Below the pieces are notes generated by a model. The model saw nothing but the letters and a program-made list of their open reading frames with translations, did not search any database and was not told the DNA's origin. Of a stretch of 32,000 bases of DNA, positions 23,701-32,000 are shown in pieces; position 1 is the stretch's first letter, and each line of letters starts with the position of its first letter. The position numbers and the translations under genes are program-made. The DNA comes from Parasynechococcus marenigrum WH 8102 (lineage in GTDB: Bacteria; Cyanobacteriota; Cyanobacteriia; PCC-6307; Cyanobiaceae): contig NC_005070.1 of the NCBI RefSeq assembly GCF_000195975.1, positions 1,980,001 through 2,012,000 of the forward strand, written 5' to 3'.

Positions 23701-23900
23701 ACCGAATGCGACCGATCCTGCTCACTGCGGTGACCTCCCTGGCCGGATTTCTACCGCTGCTGCTGGCCCAGGGCAGCGGCTCCGCCAGCCGGATCAGCAT
23801 CGGCACTGTGGTGTTCAGCGGCCTGCTGGTGTCCTCATGGCTGTCCCTGTTTGTGGTGCCGACGGTGTATTTGTTGCTCAAACGCTGGCGGCCGACGTGA
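20790..23900 (+). CDS. RND efflux transporter permease (AcrB/HAE1-like)
   Basis: 1036 aa. The N-terminus is FLRRPILTVVCSLLILLAG. The TM4 motif GIVVDDAIVV is present, along with the duplicated 6-TM plus large-loop architecture. The TTG start is uncertain. Confidence 0.9.
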   Translation: MRSLSQPFLRRPILTVVCSLLILLAGLVALTGLGLEDLPQLAPTRVSVGATFPAASPEVVEQSVTAVLEQQLNGLEGLESISSNSRQGGASISLRFSEGDPELNAIKVQNEVNLATRRLPQAVSRQGLRVRRSSDDLLMILGFSHPPDQYVPTFLAGWLDQSLREALFSTPGIGDVRVFGSSNLAFRLWLDPDRLEQASLTISDVSRALAEQNVLAAIGSLGASPAPDGQLISMPVDAEGRLLTQKDFENLILRRLDNGGLLRLKDVGRVELGQRSYGSQAMNLDGQRSVAVGLYQRDGANALEVSRAVKAELKRLEPSFPPGIETSMIVDVADNVQANLDRTIATLRDAVLLVLVVLVLFLGRWRLALIPGLAVPVALVGSLVLVKLSGSNLNSLILFGMVMATGIVVDDAIVVSEDIAGRIERGDAPKAAAEDAMAELAGAVVATSLVLAAVFVPVLLIPGSVGRLYQPIALAISGAILFSTLNALSFTPMACARVLDSGEGRLRGPLRRLSSGLRQGMSDLQRCYANLLELWLRRATLVLGLLLTGLIITGAGLAAMPTAFIPNEDQSQIRGYFTLPEGASLERTVAVMERIRAVVVEEPLVRTGNFYAGRSFGQSGEDRGSFYLRLQPLEQRSGRDQSSDAVKRRLNRAIRSRIGDARVVVTTPPTVRGFSGESGLRLELLDRSGGQLNLQAFEALAQRFIKTAQASNRFERVSTRFDASSPRWRLSLDRDLLASLDLDLSTTLRDIGTAIGGRYIDDTYEGGRIRSIYVQLDGDNRTGPEDLSGLMVRNRSGELVSLENVATLTRTEGANGIRHYGLNRAITVTAVPAPGVSSGQAIEQLKAAGDAVGGNNIGLAFTGLALEEQKAARSTWVLFSLGVVVVYLLLAALYESFVDPLIILLTVPIALMGALIGLKLRGLPLDVYGQMGLLVLVSLAAKNGILIVEFANQRLEAGLALREAILGAAVNRMRPILLTAVTSLAGFLPLLLAQGSGSASRISIGTVVFSGLLVSSWLSLFVVPTVYLLLKRWRPT

Positions 23901-25033
23901 CCACGACAACTCCTGCAGCGCCAGCTCGTCGACGCTTGATCCTGCATGCCGGCACCCACAAGACCGCCTCAACGGACATCCAGTCGCGGCTGCTGCGCAG
24001 TCGTGGGCTGTTGGAGGAACAGAACGTTCAATACCGCTTCCCACTAAAGGATGTCGCCCACTTCAAGCCGCTTACAAAAGCGATCACGCGAGGCCAATGG
24101 GACGTCTGGCATGACTATCTGGAGACCATGGCCGGTAGCAGTGGTGATCTGCTACTGAGCGCTGAGCAGTTCGCCCCCCGGCTGACCCAACGCAAGACGA
24201 TCCGCACACTCAGAAGCCTGGCCCAACAGCACGGCTATGAGCTGACGATCGTGATCTTCATCCGATCTCAGCTCGATTACATCAACTCCCGCTATGCCTA
24301 CACGCTGAAGCGCTTCTATCACACAACAACGTTCGAGAGCTATGTGAAGGAGGTGCTGGCAGGTCGACTCCCCTCAAGCGGAACGTTTACCGGCCCCAAA
24401 GCCAAACGCAGTGATGTGTTCGATTTCTGGAACTATTTCGCAGCACTACTTCAGGAACGGGAACGGGGACTGGATGTGCGCTTCATCCCCTTCCGCCAGA
24501 CGGACCCCGACCCGCTGCGGCAACTGCTCACGACCCTTGATCTCAATCCGGATCTGGACTGGGCCGCCAGCCGTTCGGAGGCCCTGAATCAAAGCCCTGG
24601 CCCCCGGGCCACCTGGCTGGCACGGGAGGTGGGGCTGCGCCTGGCCCGTCATGGCATCAGTCACCGGGTCATCGAAAATTCCTCAGCGATCATTCCGCAG
24701 GAACAGAGCTTCCGTCGTTGGAAGGACGGCAGCTACTGGGGGTTTGACCGGGATCTCGCCAGGGTCGTGCGACGGCATTTCAAAGACAACAACGACCGCT
24801 TTGCCAAAGCCGTCTGGGGACGTCGCTGGAAGGAGGTGTTCATCCAGGACAGGACCCTGCTGAAACGACCGCAAGCGGTCTACGCACCAGAGACTGCGAG
24901 CGAAATGGTTGCGATGCAACGCATCGCCGATCATGTGCTGCTGCGCATTGAGCGACGACAACAACCGAGGGCTTTTAACCAACTGCGAGAAGCATTGGAA
25001 CGACTGGGCTCAACCCTGCCTGGAACGATTTAG
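23897..25033 (+). CDS. hypothetical protein (about 378 aa from GTG 23897)
   Basis: The track ORF starts at 23837 inside the RND gene. GTG 23897 overlaps the RND stop (GTGA). The segment LILHAGTHKTASTDIQ is faintly sulfotransferase/P-loop-like, but I cannot support a function. Confidence 0.55.
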   Translation: MTTTTPAAPARRRLILHAGTHKTASTDIQSRLLRSRGLLEEQNVQYRFPLKDVAHFKPLTKAITRGQWDVWHDYLETMAGSSGDLLLSAEQFAPRLTQRKTIRTLRSLAQQHGYELTIVIFIRSQLDYINSRYAYTLKRFYHTTTFESYVKEVLAGRLPSSGTFTGPKAKRSDVFDFWNYFAALLQERERGLDVRFIPFRQTDPDPLRQLLTTLDLNPDLDWAASRSEALNQSPGPRATWLAREVGLRLARHGISHRVIENSSAIIPQEQSFRRWKDGSYWGFDRDLARVVRRHFKDNNDRFAKAVWGRRWKEVFIQDRTLLKRPQAVYAPETASEMVAMQRIADHVLLRIERRQQPRAFNQLREALERLGSTLPGTI

Positions 25034-25374
25034 AACCTGTGGCTTGTTCCAGGATCAGCCCAGAACACCTTGAGCGTCAAAACCGGTGTTGTGAATTTGA
25101 TCCCAGCCTCATGATTGAGGCGCTGATAGGTGACGTTCTGCTTGGAAGCAGGAAATTCGAACCTCAGCGGTGCGCGGTTTCCCGGATACATCACGACGGT
25201 GACATTGCCCTGGGACTGGCTGAACTGACAGTTGGCGGCGTTGTCGGTCCGCTTCATCACCGGCGACTTCACGTGGAGATGGCAATGCACGCGTGCGGTA
25301 TCGGCATCAGCCGGAGCAGCCGTCCCTAGAAGAAGTGAGCAGACAGCGCCAACAAGGATCTTGGTTGCCCTCAT
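25030..25374 (-). CDS. secreted hypothetical protein, 114 aa
   Basis: Signal-peptide-like MRATKILVGAVCSLLLGTAAPADA. It lies 3 nt downstream of the preceding minus-strand gene. Confidence 0.55.
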   Translation of the reverse strand: MRATKILVGAVCSLLLGTAAPADADTARVHCHLHVKSPVMKRTDNAANCQFSQSQGNVTVVMYPGNRAPLRFEFPASKQNVTYQRLNHEAGIKFTTPVLTLKVFWADPGTSHRF

Positions 25375-25377
25375 CCA

Positions 25378-26127
25378 TCAACGCTGCAACAGGACGTGGC
25401 GGCTGGCGATCCAGCTGCCGAACGCGTCATAGCAACGCTGAATACGCTCCAACCGCCCCGGGCAGGGGCACCACCAGGCTTCGATCTCAAAGCCGCTGCC
25501 AGCACAAACATGATCCGGAGCGCGAAAGGCTCCACCATCCGGCAACCACTGCAAACCGTGCAGCATGTCCTTTGAAATCAGCAGCTCATGGGGGGTGATG
25601 TGTGGATCTTCCACCGGCCGATCCCGCTCCAGCACTGTCTGGTGGCCACGCCAACCGCCAAGAAGCTGTTCTGCCGTCAGGGGAGGCGCTTCGTCTGCGT
25701 CCACACCATCCCTGTGTTCACAGATCAGAACGGGGTGATCGAAACGTCCGCTGCCATCCCAGAGCAACACCATTCGATGGCGTCGGTCCCGCCAGAGAAA
25801 TCCGAATTCGGCATAGGGCCTGGACCAGGTGGAGATGAACAACGAGCCCCGCGAAAAGCTACCGGTGGAGAAGAAAGCCAGCTCAGGATCCACCTGATGG
25901 AAGGACTGAACGATCCGCTTCACAGGATCCCCCTGACGTTGGCCATCGAAAGCATCAGGCCAGAACAGCAACTCCAGCTCCACAGCGGCACCGTCCCCCG
26001 CAAGGGTGAGTTGCGATGGCTGCCGACGTCTCAGCTCCAGATCTCGATCAAACGTGTCGAAGCTGCCTTGCCAAATGCCGCAGTTGAGCAACAAGTGATC
26101 CCATTGGCGTGACGTCACAACCAGCAA
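25378..26127 (-). CDS. conserved hypothetical protein, 249 aa (possibly DUF3598-type, from memory only)
   Basis: Starts ..WDHLLLNCGIWQGSFDTF. GC-rich core codon usage. Sits downstream of psaB on the same strand. Confidence 0.6.
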   Translation of the reverse strand: MLVVTSRQWDHLLLNCGIWQGSFDTFDRDLELRRRQPSQLTLAGDGAAVELELLFWPDAFDGQRQGDPVKRIVQSFHQVDPELAFFSTGSFSRGSLFISTWSRPYAEFGFLWRDRRHRMVLLWDGSGRFDHPVLICEHRDGVDADEAPPLTAEQLLGGWRGHQTVLERDRPVEDPHITPHELLISKDMLHGLQWLPDGGAFRAPDHVCAGSGFEIEAWWCPCPGRLERIQRCYDAFGSWIASRHVLLQR

Positions 26128-26180
26128 CCAGCAGCAGAGACGACAAGTTATCCAGCGCGGATCAGAGAAGAGGATGCATC

Positions 26181-26210
26181 AAAAAACCCCGCCCGGTAAA
26201 CCGGACGGGG
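26181..26210 (-). terminator. intrinsic terminator after psaB
   Basis: On the minus strand, CCCCGTCCGG-TTTA-CCGGGCGGGG is followed by T6. On the plus strand this is A6 at 26181-26186 and the stem at 26187-26210. Confidence 0.7.
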
Positions 26211-26258
26211 TGAAGGACGAGGAACGACTCGTGAATCAGACGGTTGGACAGATATGAA

Positions 26259-28472
26259 TCAACCGAACTTGCCTGAGGTTGAGGCGATCAGGAAGGCTGC
26301 GTAGGTGAGCACGTAACCAACCGAGAAGTGGGCGAGACCCACAACACGGGCCTGAACGATCGAGAGAGCCACAGGCTTGTCACGCCAACCCATCATGTTG
26401 GCGATGGGGCTGCGCTGGTGAGCCCAGACGATGGTCTCGATCAGCTCCTGCCAGTAACCACGCCAGGAGATCAGGAACATGAAGCCAGTGGCCCACACCA
26501 GGTGACCGAACAGGAACATCCAAGCCCAGACGGCGAGGTTGTTGCTGCCAAACGGGTTGTAACCGTTGATCAGCTGGGAGGAGTTGAGCCAGAGGTAGTC
26601 GCGGAACCAGCCCATCAGATAGGTGCTGGATTCGTTGAACTGAGCGACGTTGCCAGACCAGATAGCGAGGTGCTTCCAGTGCCAGTAGAAGGTGACCCAA
26701 CCCACGGTGTTCAGAGCCCAGAAGACAGCCAGATAGAAGGCGTCCCAGGCTGAGATATCGCAGGTACCGCCACGGCCAGGGCCGTCGCAGGGGAAGGAAT
26801 AACCGAAGTCCTTCTTGTCGGGCATCAGCTTGGAGCCGCGGGCATCTAGGGCACCCTTCACAAGGATCAGGGTGGTGGTGTGCAGACCCAGAGCGATGGC
26901 GTGGTGGACCAGGAAGTCACCAGGGCCGATCGGCAGGAACACATCGGTGTTGCCGTTGATGGCATCAAGCCAGTAGTGGTCACCCGGGATGTTCTGGGCA
27001 GCAAGGCTGGCGGAACTGGAGGCGTTGGAGAGCAACACGTCCATGCCGTACATGGCCTTACCGGAGGCAGCCTGTACGAACTGGGCGAACACAGGCTCCA
27101 CCAGGATCTGCTTCTCAGGAGTACCGAAGGACACGACCACGTCGTTGTGGACGTAGAGGCCCAGGGTGTGGAAACCGAGGAAAAGGGAGACCCAGCTCAG
27201 GTGGCTGATGATCGCTTCTTTGTGCTCAAGCATCCGAGCCAGGACGTTGTCCTTATTGGCTTCGGGGTCGTAGTCACGGATGAAGAAGATCGCACCGTGG
27301 GCGAAGGCACCGCACATCAGAGCGATGGCGATGTACTGGTGGTGGGTGTACAGGGCAGCCTGAGTCGTGTAGTCCTTCGCGATGAAGGCGTACGACGGCA
27401 TCGAGTACATGTGCTGCGCCACCAGGCTGGTGACCACGCCAAGGGAAGCGAGGGCCAGGCCGAGCTGGAAGTGCAGGCTGTTGTTGATGGTGTCGTAGAG
27501 ACCTTTGTGACCGGCACCGAGGTCACCAGGGGTGCCCTTGGGGGGGTTGTGGGTCTCGAGGATCTCCTTGATGGAGTGACCGATCCCGAAGTTGGTCCGG
27601 TACATGTGGCCGGCGATCACGAAAATGCAACCGATGGCCAGGTGGTGGTGGGCGATGTCGGTCAGCCACAGAGCTTCGCTCTGAGGGTGGAAACCGCCAA
27701 GGAAGGTGAGGATCGCAGTGCCTGCACCGTCGGCGCTGCCGAAGGCCTGGTTCAGGGAATCAGGGTTTTCGGCATACACACCCCAGTTGCCGGTGAAGAA
27801 GGGTCCAAGACCGGCAGGGTGGGGCAGAACGTTGAGGAAGTTGTCCCAACCAACGTGCTGACCGCGGGCTTCGGGGATCGCAACGTGAACCAGGTGACCG
27901 GTCCAGGCGATGGAGCTGAAGCCGAACAGAACGGCGAGGTGATGGTTCAGGCGTGATTCAGCGTTCTTGAACCAAGCCAGGGAGGGACGGAACTTGGGCT
28001 GCAGATGCAACCAACCGGCGAAGAGGGCCCATGCCGACAGGATCATCATGAAGATGGAACCCTGATAGAGCTCGGCGTTGGTGCGCATGCCGATCGTGTA
28101 CCACCAGTGGTACAGACCGGAGAAAGCAATGTTCACCGGGGAAGACGCACCCGCTTGAGTGAAGGCGTCAATGGCGCCTTGACCGAAGTGGGGGTCCCAG
28201 ATTGCGTGAGCGATGGGGCGCACGTGCAGGGGGTCAGCGACCCACTGCTCGAAGTTGCCCTGCCAGGCGATGTGGAACAGGTTGCCCGAAACCCACAGGC
28301 CGATGATCGCGAGGTGACCGAAATGGGTGGAGAAGAGCTTCTGGTAGAGGCGCTCCTCCGTCATTCCGTCATGGCTCTCGAAGTCGTGAGCCGTGGCGAT
28401 CCCGTACCAAATACGACGGGTTGTCGGGTCCTGAGCCAGACCCTGGCTGAACGAAGGAAATTTCGTTGCCAT
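26259..28472 (-). CDS. psaB: photosystem I P700 apoprotein A2
   Basis: 737 aa. The N-terminus is [36 protein letters not shown]. The Fx-binding motif [18 protein letters not shown] is present. Confidence 0.97.
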   Translation of the reverse strand: MATKFPSFSQGLAQDPTTRRIWYGIATAHDFESHDGMTEERLYQKLFSTHFGHLAIIGLWVSGNLFHIAWQGNFEQWVADPLHVRPIAHAIWDPHFGQGAIDAFTQAGASSPVNIAFSGLYHWWYTIGMRTNAELYQGSIFMMILSAWALFAGWLHLQPKFRPSLAWFKNAESRLNHHLAVLFGFSSIAWTGHLVHVAIPEARGQHVGWDNFLNVLPHPAGLGPFFTGNWGVYAENPDSLNQAFGSADGAGTAILTFLGGFHPQSEALWLTDIAHHHLAIGCIFVIAGHMYRTNFGIGHSIKEILETHNPPKGTPGDLGAGHKGLYDTINNSLHFQLGLALASLGVVTSLVAQHMYSMPSYAFIAKDYTTQAALYTHHQYIAIALMCGAFAHGAIFFIRDYDPEANKDNVLARMLEHKEAIISHLSWVSLFLGFHTLGLYVHNDVVVSFGTPEKQILVEPVFAQFVQAASGKAMYGMDVLLSNASSSASLAAQNIPGDHYWLDAINGNTDVFLPIGPGDFLVHHAIALGLHTTTLILVKGALDARGSKLMPDKKDFGYSFPCDGPGRGGTCDISAWDAFYLAVFWALNTVGWVTFYWHWKHLAIWSGNVAQFNESSTYLMGWFRDYLWLNSSQLINGYNPFGSNNLAVWAWMFLFGHLVWATGFMFLISWRGYWQELIETIVWAHQRSPIANMMGWRDKPVALSIVQARVVGLAHFSVGYVLTYAAFLIASTSGKFG

Positions 28473-28493
28473 TAGAGGGAAAGGTCAGTGAGG

Positions 28494-30797
28494 TCAGCCG
28501 ACCACAAGAATGTGGGCGTGGAAGAAGGCCCACGTGGTCGCAATTCCGCCCAGCAGATAGTGGGCGACACCCACGGCACGGCCTTGGATGATGGACAGCG
28601 CACGGGGCTGGATGGCCGGAGCCACCTTCAGCTTGTTGTGAGCCCAGACGATGGACTCGATCAGCTCCTGCCAGTAGCCGCGGCCGCTGAACAGGAACAT
28701 CAGGCTGAAGGCCCAGATGAAGTGAGCACCCAGGAACATGATTCCGTAGGCACTGGTGTTCGAGCCGTAGCTGTTGATCACCTGAACGGCCTGAGCCCAC
28801 AGGTAATCACGCAGCCACCCATTGATGGTGATGGCGCTCTGGGCAAAGTTGCCGTTGGTGATGTGCGCGACGGAACCGTCGGCGTTCACCGTTCCCCAGA
28901 TGTCGCTCTGCATCTTCCAGGAGAAGTGGAAGATCACGATCGACAGGGAGTTGTACATCCAGAACAGACCCAGGAACACGTGGTCCCAAGCGGACACCTG
29001 ACAGGTGCCGCCGCGACCGGGACCATCGCAAGAGAAGCGGAAGCCCAGGTTGGCCTTGTCTGGAATCAGACGGGAGCTGCGGGCGTAGAGCACACCCTTC
29101 AGCAGGATCAACACCGTCACGTGAATCGTGAAGGCATGGATGTGGTGGACCATGAAGTCGGCAGTGCCGAGCGGCATGGGAGCTGCGGCGACCTTGCCGC
29201 CGACGGCCACAACAGAGCCGTTGAACACTTCGCTTACACCAGCGAGGGCATTCGGAGCGGTGCTTCCGGCTGCTGCAGCGTGGGCGTTCTGGATCCACTG
29301 AGCGAAGATCGGCTGAATTGAAATCGCCGAGTCGCTGAACATGTCCTGGGGACGACCCAGGGCACGCATGGTGTCGTTGTGGATGTAGAGGCCGAAGCTG
29401 TGGGCTCCGAGCCAGATGCACACCCAGTTGAGGTGGCTGATGATGGCGTCGCGTGCCTTGAGCACCCGGTCCAGCACGTTGTCGATGTGCTTTGCGGGGT
29501 CGTAGTCACGCACCATGGCGATGGCCGCGTGAGCAGCGCCACCGACAATCAGGAATCCACCGATCCACATGTGGTGGGTGAACAGACCGATCTGGGTCGG
29601 GTAATCAACGGCCATGTACGCGTAGGGAGGCATGGCGTACATGTGCTGAGCCACGATGATGCTCAGAGAGCCGAGCATGGCCAGGTTGAGACCCAGCTGG
29701 GCGTGCCAAGAGGTCGTCAGGAATTCATAGAGACCGTCGTGACCGTTGGGAGCCGGGAACAGCAGGGGATCACCCTTCTGACCTTCATGGATCTCCTTGA
29801 TGGAGTGACCGATGCCCCAGTTCGTCCGGTACATGTGACCAGCGACGATGAAAAGGACGGCAATCGCCACATGGTGGTGGGCGATGTCGGTCATCCAGAG
29901 ACTGCCGGTGACAGGATTCAGCCCACCTTTGAAGGTGAGGAAGTCGCTGTAGGCAGCCCAGTTCCCGGAGAAGAAGGCTCCGATCCCTGCACCGATACCC
30001 GGATAGAGCTGTGCCAGCAGGTCCTGGTTGAAGAACTCGTGCGGCAGTGGGATGTCCGCCACGGTGGCGATGGTTTTGCCATCGAGCACCAGCGGCTGGC
30101 CGGCGTCGATCGCATCCATCAGCTTGCTGACGGGAGCGGACACGTGGATGAGGTGACCAGCCCAGGACAGTGAACCGAGACCCAGCAGACCTGCCAGGTG
30201 GTGGTTCAGCATGGACTCAACGTTCTGGAACCACTCCAGCTTCGGCGCAGCCTTGTGGTAGTGGAAAACACCAGCGTTGAGCATCAGGCCGGCCATCACC
30301 AGGGCACCGATGGCCAGAGCCATGAGCTGGGTTTCGCTGGTGATGCCCCATCCACGCCAGACGTGGAACAGGCCTGAAGTGATCTGAATGCCTTGGAAGC
30401 CGGCACCCATATCGCCATTGAGAATTTCCTGGCCAAAGATCGGCCACACCACCTGAGCACTGGGCTTCACGTGGGTGGGATCGGCGAGCCAACCGGAATA
30501 GTTGGAGAAGCGGGCGCCATGGAAGAAGGCACCGCTCAACCAAATAAAGATGACGGCCAGATGGCCGAAGTGTGCGGAGAAGATCCGCCGAGAAACCTCC
30601 TGGAGGTCGCTCGTGTGGGCGTCGAAGTCGTGAGCGTTGGCGTGAAGATTCCAAACCCAGGATGTGGTTTTGGGACCCTTCGCGAGAGCGCGGTCGAAGT
30701 GTCCGGGCTTGCCGAACAGCTCGAAGGTTGCTGGATTGTCAACCTTTTCGACCTGGCTCTTCGCGTCACTCCCACGCTCAGGTGGGCTGATGGTCAT
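28494..30797 (-). CDS. psaA: photosystem I P700 apoprotein A1
   Basis: 767 aa from the internal Met ([18 protein letters not shown]). The motif [18 protein letters not shown] is present. The 30-codon upstream extension in the track ORF is not PsaA-like. Confidence 0.97.
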   Translation of the reverse strand: MTISPPERGSDAKSQVEKVDNPATFELFGKPGHFDRALAKGPKTTSWVWNLHANAHDFDAHTSDLQEVSRRIFSAHFGHLAVIFIWLSGAFFHGARFSNYSGWLADPTHVKPSAQVVWPIFGQEILNGDMGAGFQGIQITSGLFHVWRGWGITSETQLMALAIGALVMAGLMLNAGVFHYHKAAPKLEWFQNVESMLNHHLAGLLGLGSLSWAGHLIHVSAPVSKLMDAIDAGQPLVLDGKTIATVADIPLPHEFFNQDLLAQLYPGIGAGIGAFFSGNWAAYSDFLTFKGGLNPVTGSLWMTDIAHHHVAIAVLFIVAGHMYRTNWGIGHSIKEIHEGQKGDPLLFPAPNGHDGLYEFLTTSWHAQLGLNLAMLGSLSIIVAQHMYAMPPYAYMAVDYPTQIGLFTHHMWIGGFLIVGGAAHAAIAMVRDYDPAKHIDNVLDRVLKARDAIISHLNWVCIWLGAHSFGLYIHNDTMRALGRPQDMFSDSAISIQPIFAQWIQNAHAAAAGSTAPNALAGVSEVFNGSVVAVGGKVAAAPMPLGTADFMVHHIHAFTIHVTVLILLKGVLYARSSRLIPDKANLGFRFSCDGPGRGGTCQVSAWDHVFLGLFWMYNSLSIVIFHFSWKMQSDIWGTVNADGSVAHITNGNFAQSAITINGWLRDYLWAQAVQVINSYGSNTSAYGIMFLGAHFIWAFSLMFLFSGRGYWQELIESIVWAHNKLKVAPAIQPRALSIIQGRAVGVAHYLLGGIATTWAFFHAHILVVG

Positions 30798-31072
30798 CGA
30801 GTCGTTCCTCGAGGGACTGGAGTCGAGGTGGAGGGCCACCCCTCCGGCGGATCGAAATCCACCGGGGCCCCGGACGCAGCTCCGCAATGAAGCAGCGTCA
30901 GGGAATCAGTGCGTTCAAAAGGCCGAAACCCCTTGACTTCACTGAAGCTGGGGCCCCAAAGAGGGGACCACTGGCGGAAGCATAGATCTGAAGAAGGGCG
31001 AATACAGGTGTTGAGTTACAAAGGTTCAATCCCGCCCCGAGCCAGTCTGGAACTGGGGTCTCCGGAGGTGTG

Positions 31073-31101
31073 ATTATCAGCGAAAAAACAGAATCTCACA
31101 A
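31073..31101 (-). promoter_or_regulatory. candidate sigma70-type psaA promoter
   Basis: The minus strand reads TTGTGA-17 nt-GATAAT. On the plus strand these are TCACAA at 31096-31101 and ATTATC at 31073-31078. It lies about 270 nt upstream of the psaA start. Sequence pattern only. Confidence 0.3.
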
Positions 31102-31201
31102 AAGCAAGTAATACAAACTTCGTCATTTTTGCGGCCAGACTAATAAAAACTGTTTTCTGCCACGCCATGGTGGGCAGAATGAGCCCATCCGCTGTTCAGC
31201 C

Positions 31202-32000
31202 ATGCCGCGCTCGGGCCTGAAGCTGCTGCTGGTGGGGGTTCTGGCCTTGCTGCTCCTGCTCAGCGCCCCGCTTGGGGTTGCAGCCCTGCCGAGCTGGCTG
31301 AGCCGCGCCCCTGCGCCGGAGGAGCCCATTCCAAGCCAGGGCCCCTCCGGACGTCTCCAGGAGCTGGCTCCTCCAGGAGCGGTTCAGCAACTCAAGCGCC
31401 AACTCGCTGGCCGGCACCCCCAGCTCACCCTGGTGAGTCCAGTCGATGACAGCCTCGTTCAAAGTGATGCTGTCGAGCTGGTCCTGGACGTGCAGGACTG
31501 GCCGGTGAGCCGGGACCCAGACCTGGGCATCGGTCCCCATGTGGCCGTGCAGGTGGATGACCGACCCCTGATCCGACTTGATCAACTCACGAATGGAAAG
31601 CTGCGGTTGAAGCTCGACGATCTAACGCCGGGTAGCCATCGATTCAGCGCATGGGCCGCCTATCCCTGGGGGGAAGCGGTGACAACCTCGGGCGGTGCCA
31701 TTCAAGGACGACTGCACCTTTGGCAGCGCCTGAACGCCACCCAGCCAGCGTCAGATGCCCCATGGGTTGTGCCGGTTCCACCCGCCAACGAAGAAAACCA
31801 GCAACCGCTGATGCTGGATTGGCTGATCTGGAATGCCCCACTTCAAAATATTCGCGATGGAGACGGCCGCTGGCGCATCCGTATCAGCGTTGATGGCGAC
31901 AGTTTTCTGACGGACCATCAGGAAGCGATCTGGCTGAAAGGGACAGGTAGCAACGGCACCACGCTGCAGCTGGAGCTGCTGGATGGCCAGGGCGAACCAC
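31202..32000 (+). CDS. secreted hypothetical protein, N-terminal 266 codons (runs off window; absent from ORF track)
   Basis: I translated by hand from ATG 31202 to 32000 and found no stop. The signal peptide is MPRSGLKLLLVGVLALLLLLSAPLGVAA, and third codon positions are GC-rich. The listed minus-strand ORFs here look like shadows. Confidence 0.6.
   Translation, partial: MPRSGLKLLLVGVLALLLLLSAPLGVAALPSWLSRAPAPEEPIPSQGPSGRLQELAPPGAVQQLKRQLAGRHPQLTLVSPVDDSLVQSDAVELVLDVQDWPVSRDPDLGIGPHVAVQVDDRPLIRLDQLTNGKLRLKLDDLTPGSHRFSAWAAYPWGEAVTTSGGAIQGRLHLWQRLNATQPASDAPWVVPVPPANEENQQPLMLDWLIWNAPLQNIRDGDGRWRIRISVDGDSFLTDHQEAIWLKGTGSNGTTLQLELLDGQGEP

Noticed and set aside
26880-30173. Long plus-strand ORFs (358 aa at 26880-27956, 277 aa at 28488-29321, 264 aa at 29379-30173 and others)
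   Set aside because: They lie antisense to psaB and psaA, whose identity is unambiguous. Their V/G/D/H/E-rich composition is typical of shadow frames in GC-rich genes.
30798-30887. 30-codon N-terminal extension of psaA in the ORF track
   Set aside because: PsaA-like sequence begins at MTISPPERG (30797). The extension is Gly/Arg/Ser-rich and unlike PsaA.

Overview
High-GC chromosome segment that looks like a marine Synechococcus-type picocyanobacterium. This is inferred from the PsaA/PsaB/PsaL/PsaI sequences, the psaI-psaL gene order and the GC-rich codon usage. Core genes are: prfA 3' end, an HNH endonuclease, alr and tRNA-Ser(GCU) on the left. On the right are a serine hydrolase, an NlpC/P60 peptidase, a GT2 glycosyltransferase, a HEAT-like protein, psaI-psaL, an RND pump, three hypotheticals, psaB-psaA on the minus strand, and a partial secreted protein running off the window. 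The stretch from the tRNA-Ser to about 16.85 kb is accessory DNA in two layers. Layer 1 (about 2.1-10.07 kb) is an AT-rich integrative element of about 8 kb. It carries a P4-type tyrosine integrase and is bounded by a 21-nt direct repeat of the tRNA 3' end. TTGGGGTAGGAA arm-type repeats sit at both ends. Its cargo is about 15 very small genes: two tandem RHH proteins, a SHOCT protein, a cyAbrB-type regulator, an AlpA-like excisionase, Cys-rich mini-proteins and small membrane or secreted proteins. It also holds several internal repeat families and a run of terminator-delimited non-coding units. Layer 2 (about 10.07-16.85 kb) is an older, decaying island. It holds a secA fragment and an NHLP/Nif11-type bacteriocin export ABC pair, one partner with cNMP-binding domains and one with a C39 peptidase. 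That locus is broken by a visible 8-bp tandem duplication, and its HlyD partner appears reduced to an N-terminal stub. A response-regulator remnant follows. No CRISPR array, rRNA or transposase was seen. All functional calls rest on motifs I recognise by eye, and no database search was run.
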